Of a stretch of DNA of 32,000 nucleotides, positions 21,519-29,646 are shown one piece after another. A program made the translations under genes and the position numbers. This stretch comes from Singulisphaera sp. GP187 (GTDB lineage Bacteria > Planctomycetota > Planctomycetia > Isosphaerales > Isosphaeraceae). The DNA lies in NCBI RefSeq assembly GCF_900129635.1, contig NZ_FSRB01000002.1, positions 244,727 to 276,726 on the forward strand, written 5' to 3'. Below the pieces are notes generated by a model. The model made no database searches and had not been told where the DNA came from. It saw only the letters and a program-made list of their open reading frames with translations. Positions within the stretch are counted from its first letter, which is position 1. The number at the start of each line of letters is the position of its first letter.

Positions 21519-24434
21519 TCAGTCACCTCTGAGCAATGACGGGGCCTCCCTGCGGACGTCCTTCATGACCTCGCGTACGCCACCGATCCATCCGACCTGG
21601 GCGTCGTTGAACTCGGGGGCGAAGCTGGCAATGTGCGTCGCCCCGGGGTTACCGTCCTTGGCCCAGTAGTTGAAGCGGTACTGCGAGGGGTCGAGTCCCA
21701 TCGAGGGGAGCAGGCCCCCCGGGACGTTCACCGCGATCACCTGGCCCCGGATCAGGACCGAACCCCTCGGCAAGTTCGTGGATTTGTTGGTCGTCAAGTC
21801 GGTCACGGAGGCAGTTGGCGCCTGGCCGGGCGTGAGGGTGACCACGACGACGGCGTCGAACCGGATGTCCGGGCGGTCGGGGAACGGTCCGGGGGACAGC
21901 TTGCCATTGCGGTCGATTCCGAAGACGTATGTCGCCTGAACCTTCGGGTCGATCGCCCCCTGGTTGACGCCGAAGAACTCGAAATTGCCATTCGGGAGCC
22001 GCTCGCCGGCCGCGGCCACGGCGTTCAACTGGGCCAGCTGTGGCCCGACGTAATGCTCGTAGAAATGAGGGGTCTTCACCACGATGCCGTTGTGGCCGAA
22101 GTCCTCGCCGCTCACTGTCACCTTGCCGAATAGCCCGTTGTTCTCATCGTTGATGCCCGCGGCGAAGAAGAGGGAGTTGGTGGCTGCGCCCCCGTGGCCA
22201 TTGCCGAACGTGAGTCCCCAGAGGCCCTTGGTGTCGCCCTCCCGGACCCCGCCGTTGAGGATCAGGGGGTGGCCCTGGGCGTCGCTGAGCTGGCCGAGGA
22301 ACGCGCCGGTCTTCAGGTCGAACGCGTTGACCTTGCTGTCGCCGAAGTTGCCGACGAGCAGGGCGTTGCTGAACTGCCCGAAGTTGTCCGGGGCGACGGC
22401 GATCCCGTGCGGCGAATTGAGCAACCCCTGCGAGGCGAACCGCGTGATGAACTGGCCGCTGAGGGTGAACTCGTCGATGAAGCCGTTGCCCACGCCCGCG
22501 ACGTCGTCGTGCCTGGCGTCGTCCTGCTTGGCGTAGGTGACGAACAGCGTGCCGTTGACGTTCTTGAGCCCGAACGGGGCGAACCCGGCCGGGATGCCCG
22601 GGTCGGTGAACTGGTCCTGGGAGAAGCTGTGGAGCTGGAACTTCTTGTCGATGACGTCGACGGTGCCGTTGTGGAAGTCGCTCGCGTAGAGGTAATTCGC
22701 CCCGTTGACGGTACCCGCGGTGAGGGTCTTGAAGACCGCCCCGCTCTGGGACAGGTCGGCCGCGATCACGCCCTCGTGCCTGTCCACCGTGGGGTTAAAG
22801 CCGACGATGGTGCCGTCCTCGGTCGAGAAGATCACGGTCGCCGGCGCCCTCTTGCCGCCGTGGCTGATGACAAAGTCACTGGTGGTGTTGAAGACGTTGC
22901 CGTTGGGGGCGGCGGGGGGCGTGACGCCCGGGGGCGTGGGAATGGTGATCGGTGCGCCGACGATGTGCCCAGAGGCGTCGTACAGCGTCGCCACGCCTGC
23001 GTGGTTGTCCGCCACGCGGAACTGGCCGTCGGGGGTCTGCGAGAGGCCCCAGGGGTTCTGAAGGTTCGGGTCGGTCGTGGGGGCGAGACCGGGGACGTTG
23101 GAGACGAGGTTGGTCTGCTGGTAGGCGCTGCCCGGGAGCGGCTTGAAGAAGTTCTGGTCGATGAACTGGGCCACCGATCGGCCCTGAGCGTCACCGGCCG
23201 TGACATCGAACCGGAAATGATTCCCGCTCCAGACGACGCTATTCTCCGCCTCGGTCGCCGCGGCCGAGAAGCTAGAGAACGAATGCGTTTCGCCCTTCAA
23301 ATCCTCGGATGTCAGACGGAAGCTGATGTTGTCGGTACCGAAGAAGTTGTCAAGTGTCGCCGCAGCCGCGCCGCTGATGCCGCCGTGCGCGGAGACCCAC
23401 GACGGGTGGTTCGCCGTGTTGTTCAGCGGCAGCCAGTTCGGGTCGGCGACGGTGTCGGGATTGCCGTCCTGGCCGGCGAGTTGGATGGCCGTGACCGGGC
23501 GCCACCGGTTGTACGTATACTTGGCATCGAAGAAGGCGATCGTCTCGTCGGCCAGCGCGACGTTCAACTCGGCGAACAGCCGCGCGTTCTGATCCAGCGT
23601 GTTGTTCTGAGACAGGGCGGCGCTCTCTGCGATCTCGTTCCAGTAGCCGGCGATCTGGGGGGTGCCGGCCTTGCCCTCCCAGAACCGGGCCACGTCGGTC
23701 TGCTGGGCCGTGCGGACGGTGCTGTCCACGCGTCCGAAGTCTTTCACCTCGTTGAAGGCGGCCGTGTACTTGGGACTGGTCAACGCCGGGGGTGGGCCCG
23801 GCCGGAACTGGGAGCCGCTGTTCAGGGCGAAGGGCGTGACATCGGGCCATTGCGGCGTCTGGGCCGGCGCGAAGGCGGTCGGCGTCGGTCGCCAATCCCC
23901 CGGGTTGGTTCCCGGCGTGTCGTTCACCACGGCGTTCGCGCCATCTGTGGCGCGCCAGATCAGGGTCTGCTCAGCGACGAATCGCCCCACGGCGATGCCG
24001 TCGGTCTTGGCCCGGCCGTCAGGGACATTTGCCAGGGACGCCTGATACGTCGCCTGGAACAATGCCGCGTCGGTCGGGAAGAGGGCAGACGCGGTGAAGA
24101 GCCCCGCCGCAGCGGCCGCCGCCACGGGCGACGCATCGGCCGGTGCATCCACCTGAACGTGAAAGACGCTGGACGTATGGTCGATGCCGTTCACCGCGTC
24201 GTAGATCGCTGACTGCACGATCGCCAGGTCGCGGGTCAGGAAGCCGATCGTCGGTTTCTCGTTCCGGATGGCGGTCAGGACCGCCTGGTTCCATTGGATG
24301 ACCACGTCGGCCGAGAGCAGGCAGCGCTCGTCGAGCGACTCGATGCTCGGGCGGCGGGCCCGCGATCGGCGATTTCTGACCCGAGACGATCGGTACTCCC
24401 GAGTGCGTGAGCCGGTCCAGAGTGGAAATAACAT
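21519..24434 (-). CDS. large secreted fusion protein: PAP2/vanadium-haloperoxidase-like domain + TIGR03118-family beta-propeller + unassigned C-terminal domain
   Basis: PAP2/VHPO motifs: KYTYNRWRP (K-x6-RP), HPSWVSAHG (PS..S.H) and NSVVWSGNHFRFD (..G.H...D). YQQTNLVSNVPGLAPTTDPNLQNPWGLSQTPDGQFRVADNHAGVATLY matches the start of TIGR03118 proteins. The N-terminus is Arg-rich with ESLDERCLLS and no hydrophobic h-region. Confidence 0.88.
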   Translation of the reverse strand: MLFPLWTGSRTREYRSSRVRNRRSRARRPSIESLDERCLLSADVVIQWNQAVLTAIRNEKPTIGFLTRDLAIVQSAIYDAVNGIDHTSSVFHVQVDAPADASPVAAAAAAGLFTASALFPTDAALFQATYQASLANVPDGRAKTDGIAVGRFVAEQTLIWRATDGANAVVNDTPGTNPGDWRPTPTAFAPAQTPQWPDVTPFALNSGSQFRPGPPPALTSPKYTAAFNEVKDFGRVDSTVRTAQQTDVARFWEGKAGTPQIAGYWNEIAESAALSQNNTLDQNARLFAELNVALADETIAFFDAKYTYNRWRPVTAIQLAGQDGNPDTVADPNWLPLNNTANHPSWVSAHGGISGAAAATLDNFFGTDNISFRLTSEDLKGETHSFSSFSAAATEAENSVVWSGNHFRFDVTAGDAQGRSVAQFIDQNFFKPLPGSAYQQTNLVSNVPGLAPTTDPNLQNPWGLSQTPDGQFRVADNHAGVATLYDASGHIVGAPITIPTPPGVTPPAAPNGNVFNTTSDFVISHGGKRAPATVIFSTEDGTIVGFNPTVDRHEGVIAADLSQSGAVFKTLTAGTVNGANYLYASDFHNGTVDVIDKKFQLHSFSQDQFTDPGIPAGFAPFGLKNVNGTLFVTYAKQDDARHDDVAGVGNGFIDEFTLSGQFITRFASQGLLNSPHGIAVAPDNFGQFSNALLVGNFGDSKVNAFDLKTGAFLGQLSDAQGHPLILNGGVREGDTKGLWGLTFGNGHGGAATNSLFFAAGINDENNGLFGKVTVSGEDFGHNGIVVKTPHFYEHYVGPQLAQLNAVAAAGERLPNGNFEFFGVNQGAIDPKVQATYVFGIDRNGKLSPGPFPDRPDIRFDAVVVVTLTPGQAPTASVTDLTTNKSTNLPRGSVLIRGQVIAVNVPGGLLPSMGLDPSQYRFNYWAKDGNPGATHIASFAPEFNDAQVGWIGGVREVMKDVRREAPSLLRGD

Positions 24435-24470
24435 GAGATGCTCCGTTCACGTCAATCGTGGACCCGCTCG

Positions 24471-24489
24471 TCACGGGGACTCCCCGTGA
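24471..24489. promoter_or_regulatory. perfect 9+1+9 palindrome (candidate operator or 5'-UTR hairpin)
   Basis: TCACGGGGA-C-TCCCCGTGA, centred 46 nt upstream of the ATG (24434) of the 971-aa gene, in the 443-nt divergent spacer shared with the ECF sigma gene. Confidence 0.3.
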
Positions 24490-24877
24490 GAACTGCGAGC
24501 GGTTCCCGTCCAAGGACAAAGGGGTTGGCCGAGGAAGGAGCCGCGGTCGATGCCACCGGACCGGTCGCATCGCGGGCTCCTTGCGCAGACCGACGGGGTC
24601 GCATCGTGGCGCGGGCCACGGTGGTCTTCCCGTCCTTCGAGCAAGCACCGCCGGACCTCTGACGTCCCGACGCTTGCCGGACACGAGTCGGGCTCAAGCT
24701 CCCGACGCCAACAACCTAGACCGCCCCGACCCGGAGATTATTCCCGCGGGCTTCGGATACCCGGGAATTTGCCGCGAGCGAGGCGGTGACGGATCGACTG
24801 AGCCCTATTTCTGGCGAAGGCTTGGGAGTAAAACAGCAAGATGCGCGGTCATATATTACTGAGGGGTCAACGAAGAG

Positions 24878-25417
24878 GTGGAATCGCCGTTGCAAAGAGC
24901 CGAGGAGCGAGAGCGGTTTGAACAAGCCCTCCTACCGCACCTGGACGCCGCGTACAACCTGGCGCGCTGGCTGACCCACGACGACCATGATGCGGAGGAC
25001 CTGGTGCAAGCGGCCTATCTGCGCGCCCTGAAATTCTTCGGCGGATTCCACGGGGCGAACGCCCGCGCCTGGCTGCTCACGATCGTGCGCAATGCCTGTT
25101 ACACCTGGCTCGAACAGAAGCGGGCGCGCGGCCCCGCGACGGCTTATGATGAGGAAATCCACAGCGTCGAATCCGACACCATGGCCCCCGAACAATCTCT
25201 CCTGCGCGAGGAAGCCCAGCAGTCGGTCCGACGAGCTCTGGAAGAATTGCCCGTGGAGCTCCGCGAGGTGGTGGTCCTGCGCGAGCTGGAAGGTCTATCT
25301 TACAAGGAGATCGCTGCCATCGCCGAGATTCCCCTGGGTACGGTCATGTCCCGCCTGGCCCGTGCCCGCGAGCGGCTGCATCAACGACTCGGCGACTGCG
25401 GGGACTGGGAGCCTTAA
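24878..25417 (+). CDS. ECF-type RNA polymerase sigma-70 family factor
   Basis: GTG start preceded by GAGGGG..GAAGAG. Region 2: DAEDLVQAAYLRALKFFGGF...AWLLTIVRNACYTWL. Region 4 HTH: LSYKEIAAIAEIPLGTVMSRLARARERL. Confidence 0.92.
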   Translation: MESPLQRAEERERFEQALLPHLDAAYNLARWLTHDDHDAEDLVQAAYLRALKFFGGFHGANARAWLLTIVRNACYTWLEQKRARGPATAYDEEIHSVESDTMAPEQSLLREEAQQSVRRALEELPVELREVVVLRELEGLSYKEIAAIAEIPLGTVMSRLARARERLHQRLGDCGDWEP

Positions 25418-25418
25418 C

Positions 25419-26174
25419 TTGGATTGCCGAGAGACCCGAGCACTCATCCACGGCTACGCCGACGGCGAGCTCGACCTGGTGACGAGCCTGGAGATCGAGC
25501 GTCACCTTCCGGAGTGCCCAGACTGTGCGAACGCCCTGGCGGGCCTGCAGGCAGTACGGGCCGCGATCAAGAGCAGCGTCCCTTACTATCAGGCACCTCC
25601 CGGTCTGGCGGGGCGCGTGCGGTCGTCCGTGCGCAGGGCAACCCGTGCGGACCGAACCCCGCGCCTGGGTCCCGGTCCGCTGATCGCCTTGGCGGCCTCG
25701 CTGGCGTTGATGACGGCCGTGGGCTGGGGGTTGGCACACATCCTGCGTGTCCCCGGCGACGATGCGTTCCTGACGCGGGAGCTGGTCGCGAGCCACGTCC
25801 GCTCGCAGATGCTCCCCTCGCACCGGTTCGACGTGGTGTCCTCCGACCCGCACACGGTCAAGCCGTGGTTCGAGGGGAAGCTCGACTTCGCGCCCCCGGC
25901 GAAGGACCTGACGGACCAGGGCTTCCCCCTCGTCGGGGGGCGACTCGACTACCTCCACGGCCGGCCCGTGGCGGCGATCGTCTACCAGCGCCGCCGGCAC
26001 ACCATCAACCTGTTCGTCTGGCCGTCGTCACCGGCCGACGATGCGGCGCCGGCGAAGGCATCACGGCAAGGGTTCCACATGCTGAGATGGACGAACTCGG
26101 GGATGACGTTCTGGGCCGTCTCCGACCTCAACGAGGGCGAACTGCAAGAGTTCGTTCGCCTCATCCAGGGCTAA
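25419..26174 (+). CDS. zf-HC2 anti-sigma factor, single-pass membrane protein
   Basis: Track ORF 25092-26174. TTG 25419, 1 nt after the sigma stop, gives M-DCRETRALIHGYADGELD...HLPECPDCANAL (H-x3-C-x2-C). One TM helix (PLIALAASLALMTAVGWGLAHIL) and an extracytoplasmic domain of about 140 aa. Confidence 0.85.
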   Translation: MDCRETRALIHGYADGELDLVTSLEIERHLPECPDCANALAGLQAVRAAIKSSVPYYQAPPGLAGRVRSSVRRATRADRTPRLGPGPLIALAASLALMTAVGWGLAHILRVPGDDAFLTRELVASHVRSQMLPSHRFDVVSSDPHTVKPWFEGKLDFAPPAKDLTDQGFPLVGGRLDYLHGRPVAAIVYQRRRHTINLFVWPSSPADDAAPAKASRQGFHMLRWTNSGMTFWAVSDLNEGELQEFVRLIQG

Positions 26175-26296
26175 TACAGGGCCGGCCGGGCAGAATGACC
26201 GATTGTGGCGAATCCTGCCGTCGGTGTGTCTCACGGTGCAGAGGACGCACTTTTGGATGACCGGACGCCGAGCGCATTTGGCCCCTCAGCCGTTTG

Positions 26297-26440
26297 CTAC
26301 CGCCCGGCCGTGACTGATTGCCCTTTGAGCCACTGCCGCTCGAACTCGGCCGGTGCCAGGTAGCCCAGCGACGAATGGACCCGCTTCCGGTTGTACACGT
26401 CGTCCAAGAAGCGGCCCACTCGGCCATACGCATTTCCACT
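26297..26440 (-). pseudogene. relic of an IS3-family transposase (C-terminal end of the rve integrase ORF)
   Basis: Reverse-strand translation gives ...AYGRVGRFLDDVYNRKRVHSSLGYLAPAEFERQWLKGQSVTAGR* (TAG at 26297-26299). YN-x-x-R-x-HS-x-LGY-x-x-P-x-x-FE is the conserved tail of IS3-family OrfB. No upstream DDE region precedes it, because the Gfo/Idh/MocA gene ends at 26479. The track ORF 26161-26439 is in a different frame. Confidence 0.65.
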
Positions 26441-26478
26441 ACCGAGAATCGGCGTAACCTTGCTTATGGGACAGTCTC

Positions 26479-27555
26479 TTAGAAAGCCACTGGCTCGATT
26501 CGAACCAGTTCGCCCCGCTCCGCCGACTCGGCACAGGCGAGGGCCAACCGGAGGGTATCGAGGGCCTCGCCCGGCTCGGGGGCGTCGGCGCGGGGGAGAC
26601 CACGGACCAGGTCGGCGAAACAGGCGAGCTCGCGGGCAAAGGCAGAGCCAAGGACGTCCGGCTCCTGGCGCAGCACGACCTCGGGGGGCTCGCCCGGCCG
26701 ATAGCAGAGCAAGGTCGCCGGGTCGTCATGCGCGGTGCGGCCCGCGTCGGAGCCGCTCATGTCGTGCATGGCGAACTCCTGCAGGTTCATCCCGTAGTCG
26801 AACGACCCGAGCGTGCAGACCGCCTTGGCGGTGAAGACCATCGGGTCGCCCCGGAGCAAGTAGCTCCCCTCGACCAAGGCGCGCAAGCCCGACGGCCAGA
26901 GCAGGGTCGTATACGCGTGGTTCAAGCCGCCGTCACCGTCGCGCGGACCCGCGCAGAAGACTTGCTCCGGCATGCCGAACGTCCAGCGGAGGAAGTCGAG
27001 GTCGTGGATCTGCAAGTCGAGCACGACGCCCCCCATCCGGCTGGGGCGGTGCCTCCAGCCGTCCTCCCCCTGGACTGAAATCAGGAGGGAGAGCATCCGC
27101 CGCATCGTGATCGCCAGGCAAGGCCCCAGCGCCTCTGAGCGCAGCAAGTCGCGGAGCCGAACGTACTCCGGCCAGAACCGCAGGACGTGACCGACCATCA
27201 GCCGGACCCCGGCGGCTCGACACGCATCCACCATCGCCAGCGCATCGTCCCAGGTCAACGCGATCGGCTTCTCGCAGAGGACGTGCTTCCCCCGCGCCGC
27301 GGCCCGCTCGACATAAGGCCGGTGCAAGTCGTTGGGCACGCAGACGTCCACGCCCGCGACCTCGGGGTCGTCGAGCATGGCGTCATAGCTGTTGTAGAGC
27401 CGAGCCCCCATCTCGTGGGCAAGCGCCTCCGCCCGCTCTGGGTTGCGGCCTCGGCAGACGGCCAGCTCGACCCCCGGGCAGTCCCGCAGCGCCCGGGCAT
27501 GGAGCCGGCCAATATCACCCAGACCCACCAACCCGATCCGGATCGTCTCACTCAT
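26479..27555 (-). CDS. Gfo/Idh/MocA-family NAD(P)-dependent oxidoreductase (cytoplasmic)
   Basis: Track ORF 26479-27681. ATG 27555 gives MSETIRIGLVGLGDIGRLHARAL (Rossmann fold). EKPIALT motif. The start overlaps the upstream stop (27548-27550) by 8 nt. Confidence 0.9.
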   Translation of the reverse strand: MSETIRIGLVGLGDIGRLHARALRDCPGVELAVCRGRNPERAEALAHEMGARLYNSYDAMLDDPEVAGVDVCVPNDLHRPYVERAAARGKHVLCEKPIALTWDDALAMVDACRAAGVRLMVGHVLRFWPEYVRLRDLLRSEALGPCLAITMRRMLSLLISVQGEDGWRHRPSRMGGVVLDLQIHDLDFLRWTFGMPEQVFCAGPRDGDGGLNHAYTTLLWPSGLRALVEGSYLLRGDPMVFTAKAVCTLGSFDYGMNLQEFAMHDMSGSDAGRTAHDDPATLLCYRPGEPPEVVLRQEPDVLGSAFARELACFADLVRGLPRADAPEPGEALDTLRLALACAESAERGELVRIEPVAF

Positions 27556-29299
27556 GGGGATTGATTCGCTCCGTTGGCTCGTAACGCCCAAGGATCCGGT
27601 CCATCGCCGCCGAGGTCTGATCGAGAACCAGGTCGCCATGCCGCTCGGTCGGGAACTGCTCGGCGATCCAGCAGCCTTCAAAGCCGGCCACCTTCGCGGC
27701 TTGAGCCAGCGCGACCCAATCGACGTCGCCCGCCAGCAACGGGACGAAGCCGTGGATGGTTCCCACCTGCCTTCGGAAGTCCTTCAGGTGGATCTCCTTC
27801 ACGCGCGGGCCGAGGATCCGCATCCATTGCTCGGCGAACCCGAAGAGCGTGACGTTGCCCGTGTCGAGCAAGACCCCACACCGCGGGCTTCCCACCTCAT
27901 CGACGAGCCGCCTCATCTCGAGCGGGCTGAGCAGGAACATGTTCCAGATCGGCTCCACCAGCAAGTTGACCCCCGCCTGCTCGGCGTCCGGGGCGAGCGC
28001 GCGGAGCGCGGCGAGGGTGCGGTCCCAGGCATGCTCGTAATCGACCTGGTCGGTCTTCGCGTCCCACGGCTTCCCGACATAGCCGGGGATGACCAGCACC
28101 CCACGCGCCCCCAGCTCGGCCGCGATGGCGAGGGCCCGCCGAACGACGGCGACTCCCTGGGTTCGGATCGCCGCATCGTCACTCGTAAATGAATACTGCA
28201 AAGGGGCGATCTCGAGGCTCGGCAGGTCGATCCCTTCGTCGGCCGCCCTTGAGGCAATCTCGCGGACTTGCGCGACCTCGGTCTCGAGGTGAAGCAATCC
28301 CCCTTCGAGCTCGAGGTAGGGCTGAACGGCCTCGAAGCCGGCCCGCCGCGCTCTCCGGTAAACCCGGCTGTAGTCCTCCATCGTGCGTAGAAACGAGGTC
28401 CCAGCCAGGAAGTCTCCCGAGTCAGCGAATGCCCGAATGACGATCCCTTTCTTCCATGGTTGGATCATGTCTGGATTATTCTCCGACTCGAAGGGTCGTG
28501 GGGGTGGGAGAGTCACCTTGCCGGTTGCCGCCCACTCGACCCCGCGCTGAAAGGTGGCGACGAAACCGGGGGTGCCGACCGACCGCAAGTCGTGGCCGAG
28601 GGCCGTCGTGAAGACGCGTCCGTTGCGATAGGGGAGCGTCCACATAATCGGCTCGTCCTTGCCCGAGCCACAGATGGGCGACGGCCCCTTCGAGCAGTTG
28701 TTGGGGTCGTCATGCGCGGTGGCGAGGACGGTGATTCCAGGCTGCATCGTCAGGCGCTGGTTGATCTCGTCATGCTGGAGGAACGAGCGGGGCAGACCCT
28801 GCAAGATCGGGTGTTCCGACTCCTTCAGGTCGACGTCGAAGGTGTGGTAGGGAGCGTGGGTCGCCCCTTGCCGCCAGGCGCCCCCGATCAGTTTCTCATA
28901 TTCGGGCCACTGGGGATGTGAGCTCAGGGCGGCATGGAACGCCACCACCCCCTTGCCGCGATCGAGCACGCTCAGGAGGGCGCGCCGGGTGCTGTCCGGC
29001 CACTCCGGGCCGAAGACACCGGCATGATTGGTGAAGTTGAGGACGATCGCGTCATACCCTTCGAACGTCTTCTCGTCGCAACCAACCGGCTCCTCGTTCA
29101 CCCGGACCTCGAACCGCCCCGTCGCCTCGAGCGTGGCGCGGAGCGACTCGGTGATCTTCCGCCAGTCGTGCATGTTATAGCCGGTGAGGATCAGGACTTG
29201 CAGCTTCTTCGGGTCCCGCCCCGGCGTCTCCGCCTCGGTCGGGCCGGCGAGCGTCGTCAGCAGGAACGCCGCCAGAAGCACCGCGAGGAATCGCTTCAT
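27548..29299 (-). CDS. Sec-exported fusion: ThuA-like domain + xylose-isomerase-like TIM-barrel (sugar phosphate isomerase/epimerase family)
   Basis: Track ORF 27548-29401. ATG 29299 gives the signal peptide MKRFLAVLLAAFLLTTLAGPTEA|E. ThuA block: LQVLILTGYNMHDW...VVAFHAALSSH...WTLPYRNGRVFTTALGHD. TIM-barrel block: GFEAVQPYLE...GARGVLVIPGY...NLLVEPIWNMFL...LLDTGNV...EIHLKDF. Confidence 0.87.
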   Translation of the reverse strand: MKRFLAVLLAAFLLTTLAGPTEAETPGRDPKKLQVLILTGYNMHDWRKITESLRATLEATGRFEVRVNEEPVGCDEKTFEGYDAIVLNFTNHAGVFGPEWPDSTRRALLSVLDRGKGVVAFHAALSSHPQWPEYEKLIGGAWRQGATHAPYHTFDVDLKESEHPILQGLPRSFLQHDEINQRLTMQPGITVLATAHDDPNNCSKGPSPICGSGKDEPIMWTLPYRNGRVFTTALGHDLRSVGTPGFVATFQRGVEWAATGKVTLPPPRPFESENNPDMIQPWKKGIVIRAFADSGDFLAGTSFLRTMEDYSRVYRRARRAGFEAVQPYLELEGGLLHLETEVAQVREIASRAADEGIDLPSLEIAPLQYSFTSDDAAIRTQGVAVVRRALAIAAELGARGVLVIPGYVGKPWDAKTDQVDYEHAWDRTLAALRALAPDAEQAGVNLLVEPIWNMFLLSPLEMRRLVDEVGSPRCGVLLDTGNVTLFGFAEQWMRILGPRVKEIHLKDFRRQVGTIHGFVPLLAGDVDWVALAQAAKVAGFEGCWIAEQFPTERHGDLVLDQTSAAMDRILGRYEPTERINPHE

Positions 29300-29646
29300 C
29301 GTCACCTCGTCATAAAGTGTCTTGTCGGGTGGGCACGTCCCACCATGCCTTTTGACCAACGACTTGACAGGCGTGGGGGACCCGCTGGAGTCAAACCCCA
29401 AGACCAGGCGGCCTTGCCATCAGAATACGGATGTTATATCAGCCCCCCAAGCGATTCCACCCCCCTCCGCGATTCGCGGTCGCCTCTGCCTTGGACGGTG
29501 GGCACGGCCCACCCGATAAAAATTAGACCCGAGGGGAGAGGAGAGGGCGAACTCTTGACATCTCAGCCCGATGATGCCATATCACATAGCCGACGCCATC
29601 GTAGGCTTCAGCCGTGTCGCACGCACGAAGGGAAAGGGCCATCCTG

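Noticed and set aside
22194-24212. 672-aa plus-strand ORF inside the 971-aa gene region
   Set aside because: It is antisense to a gene with clear PAP2/VHPO and TIGR03118 motifs. Its composition is Arg/Gly/Val/Asp-rich and no domain pattern is recognisable.
24503-24507. GGAAC (minus strand) as an ECF -35 element for the 971-aa gene, and GGAAT at 24763-24767 upstream of the sigma gene
   Set aside because: No CGTC-like -10 element follows at 16-17 nt in either case. A pentamer match alone is expected by chance.
24458-24862. 134-aa ORF in the sigma / 971-aa divergent spacer, with other small spacer ORFs (24550-24789, 24716-24925)
   Set aside because: The peptides are Arg/Gly/Pro-rich, with no ribosome-binding context and no motifs. 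The region is better explained as a regulatory spacer.
25092-25418. 109-codon N-terminal extension of the anti-sigma ORF
   Set aside because: It lies entirely within the ECF sigma coding sequence in another frame, and its peptide is Trp/Ser/Pro/Arg-rich nonsense. The canonical anti-sigma N-terminus (DCRETRALIHGYADGELD) begins at TTG 25419.
26161-26439. 92-aa minus-strand ORF from the track
   Set aside because: It is in the wrong frame. The only recognisable coding signal in this DNA is the IS3-type transposase tail in a different frame (26297-26440), reported as a pseudogene.
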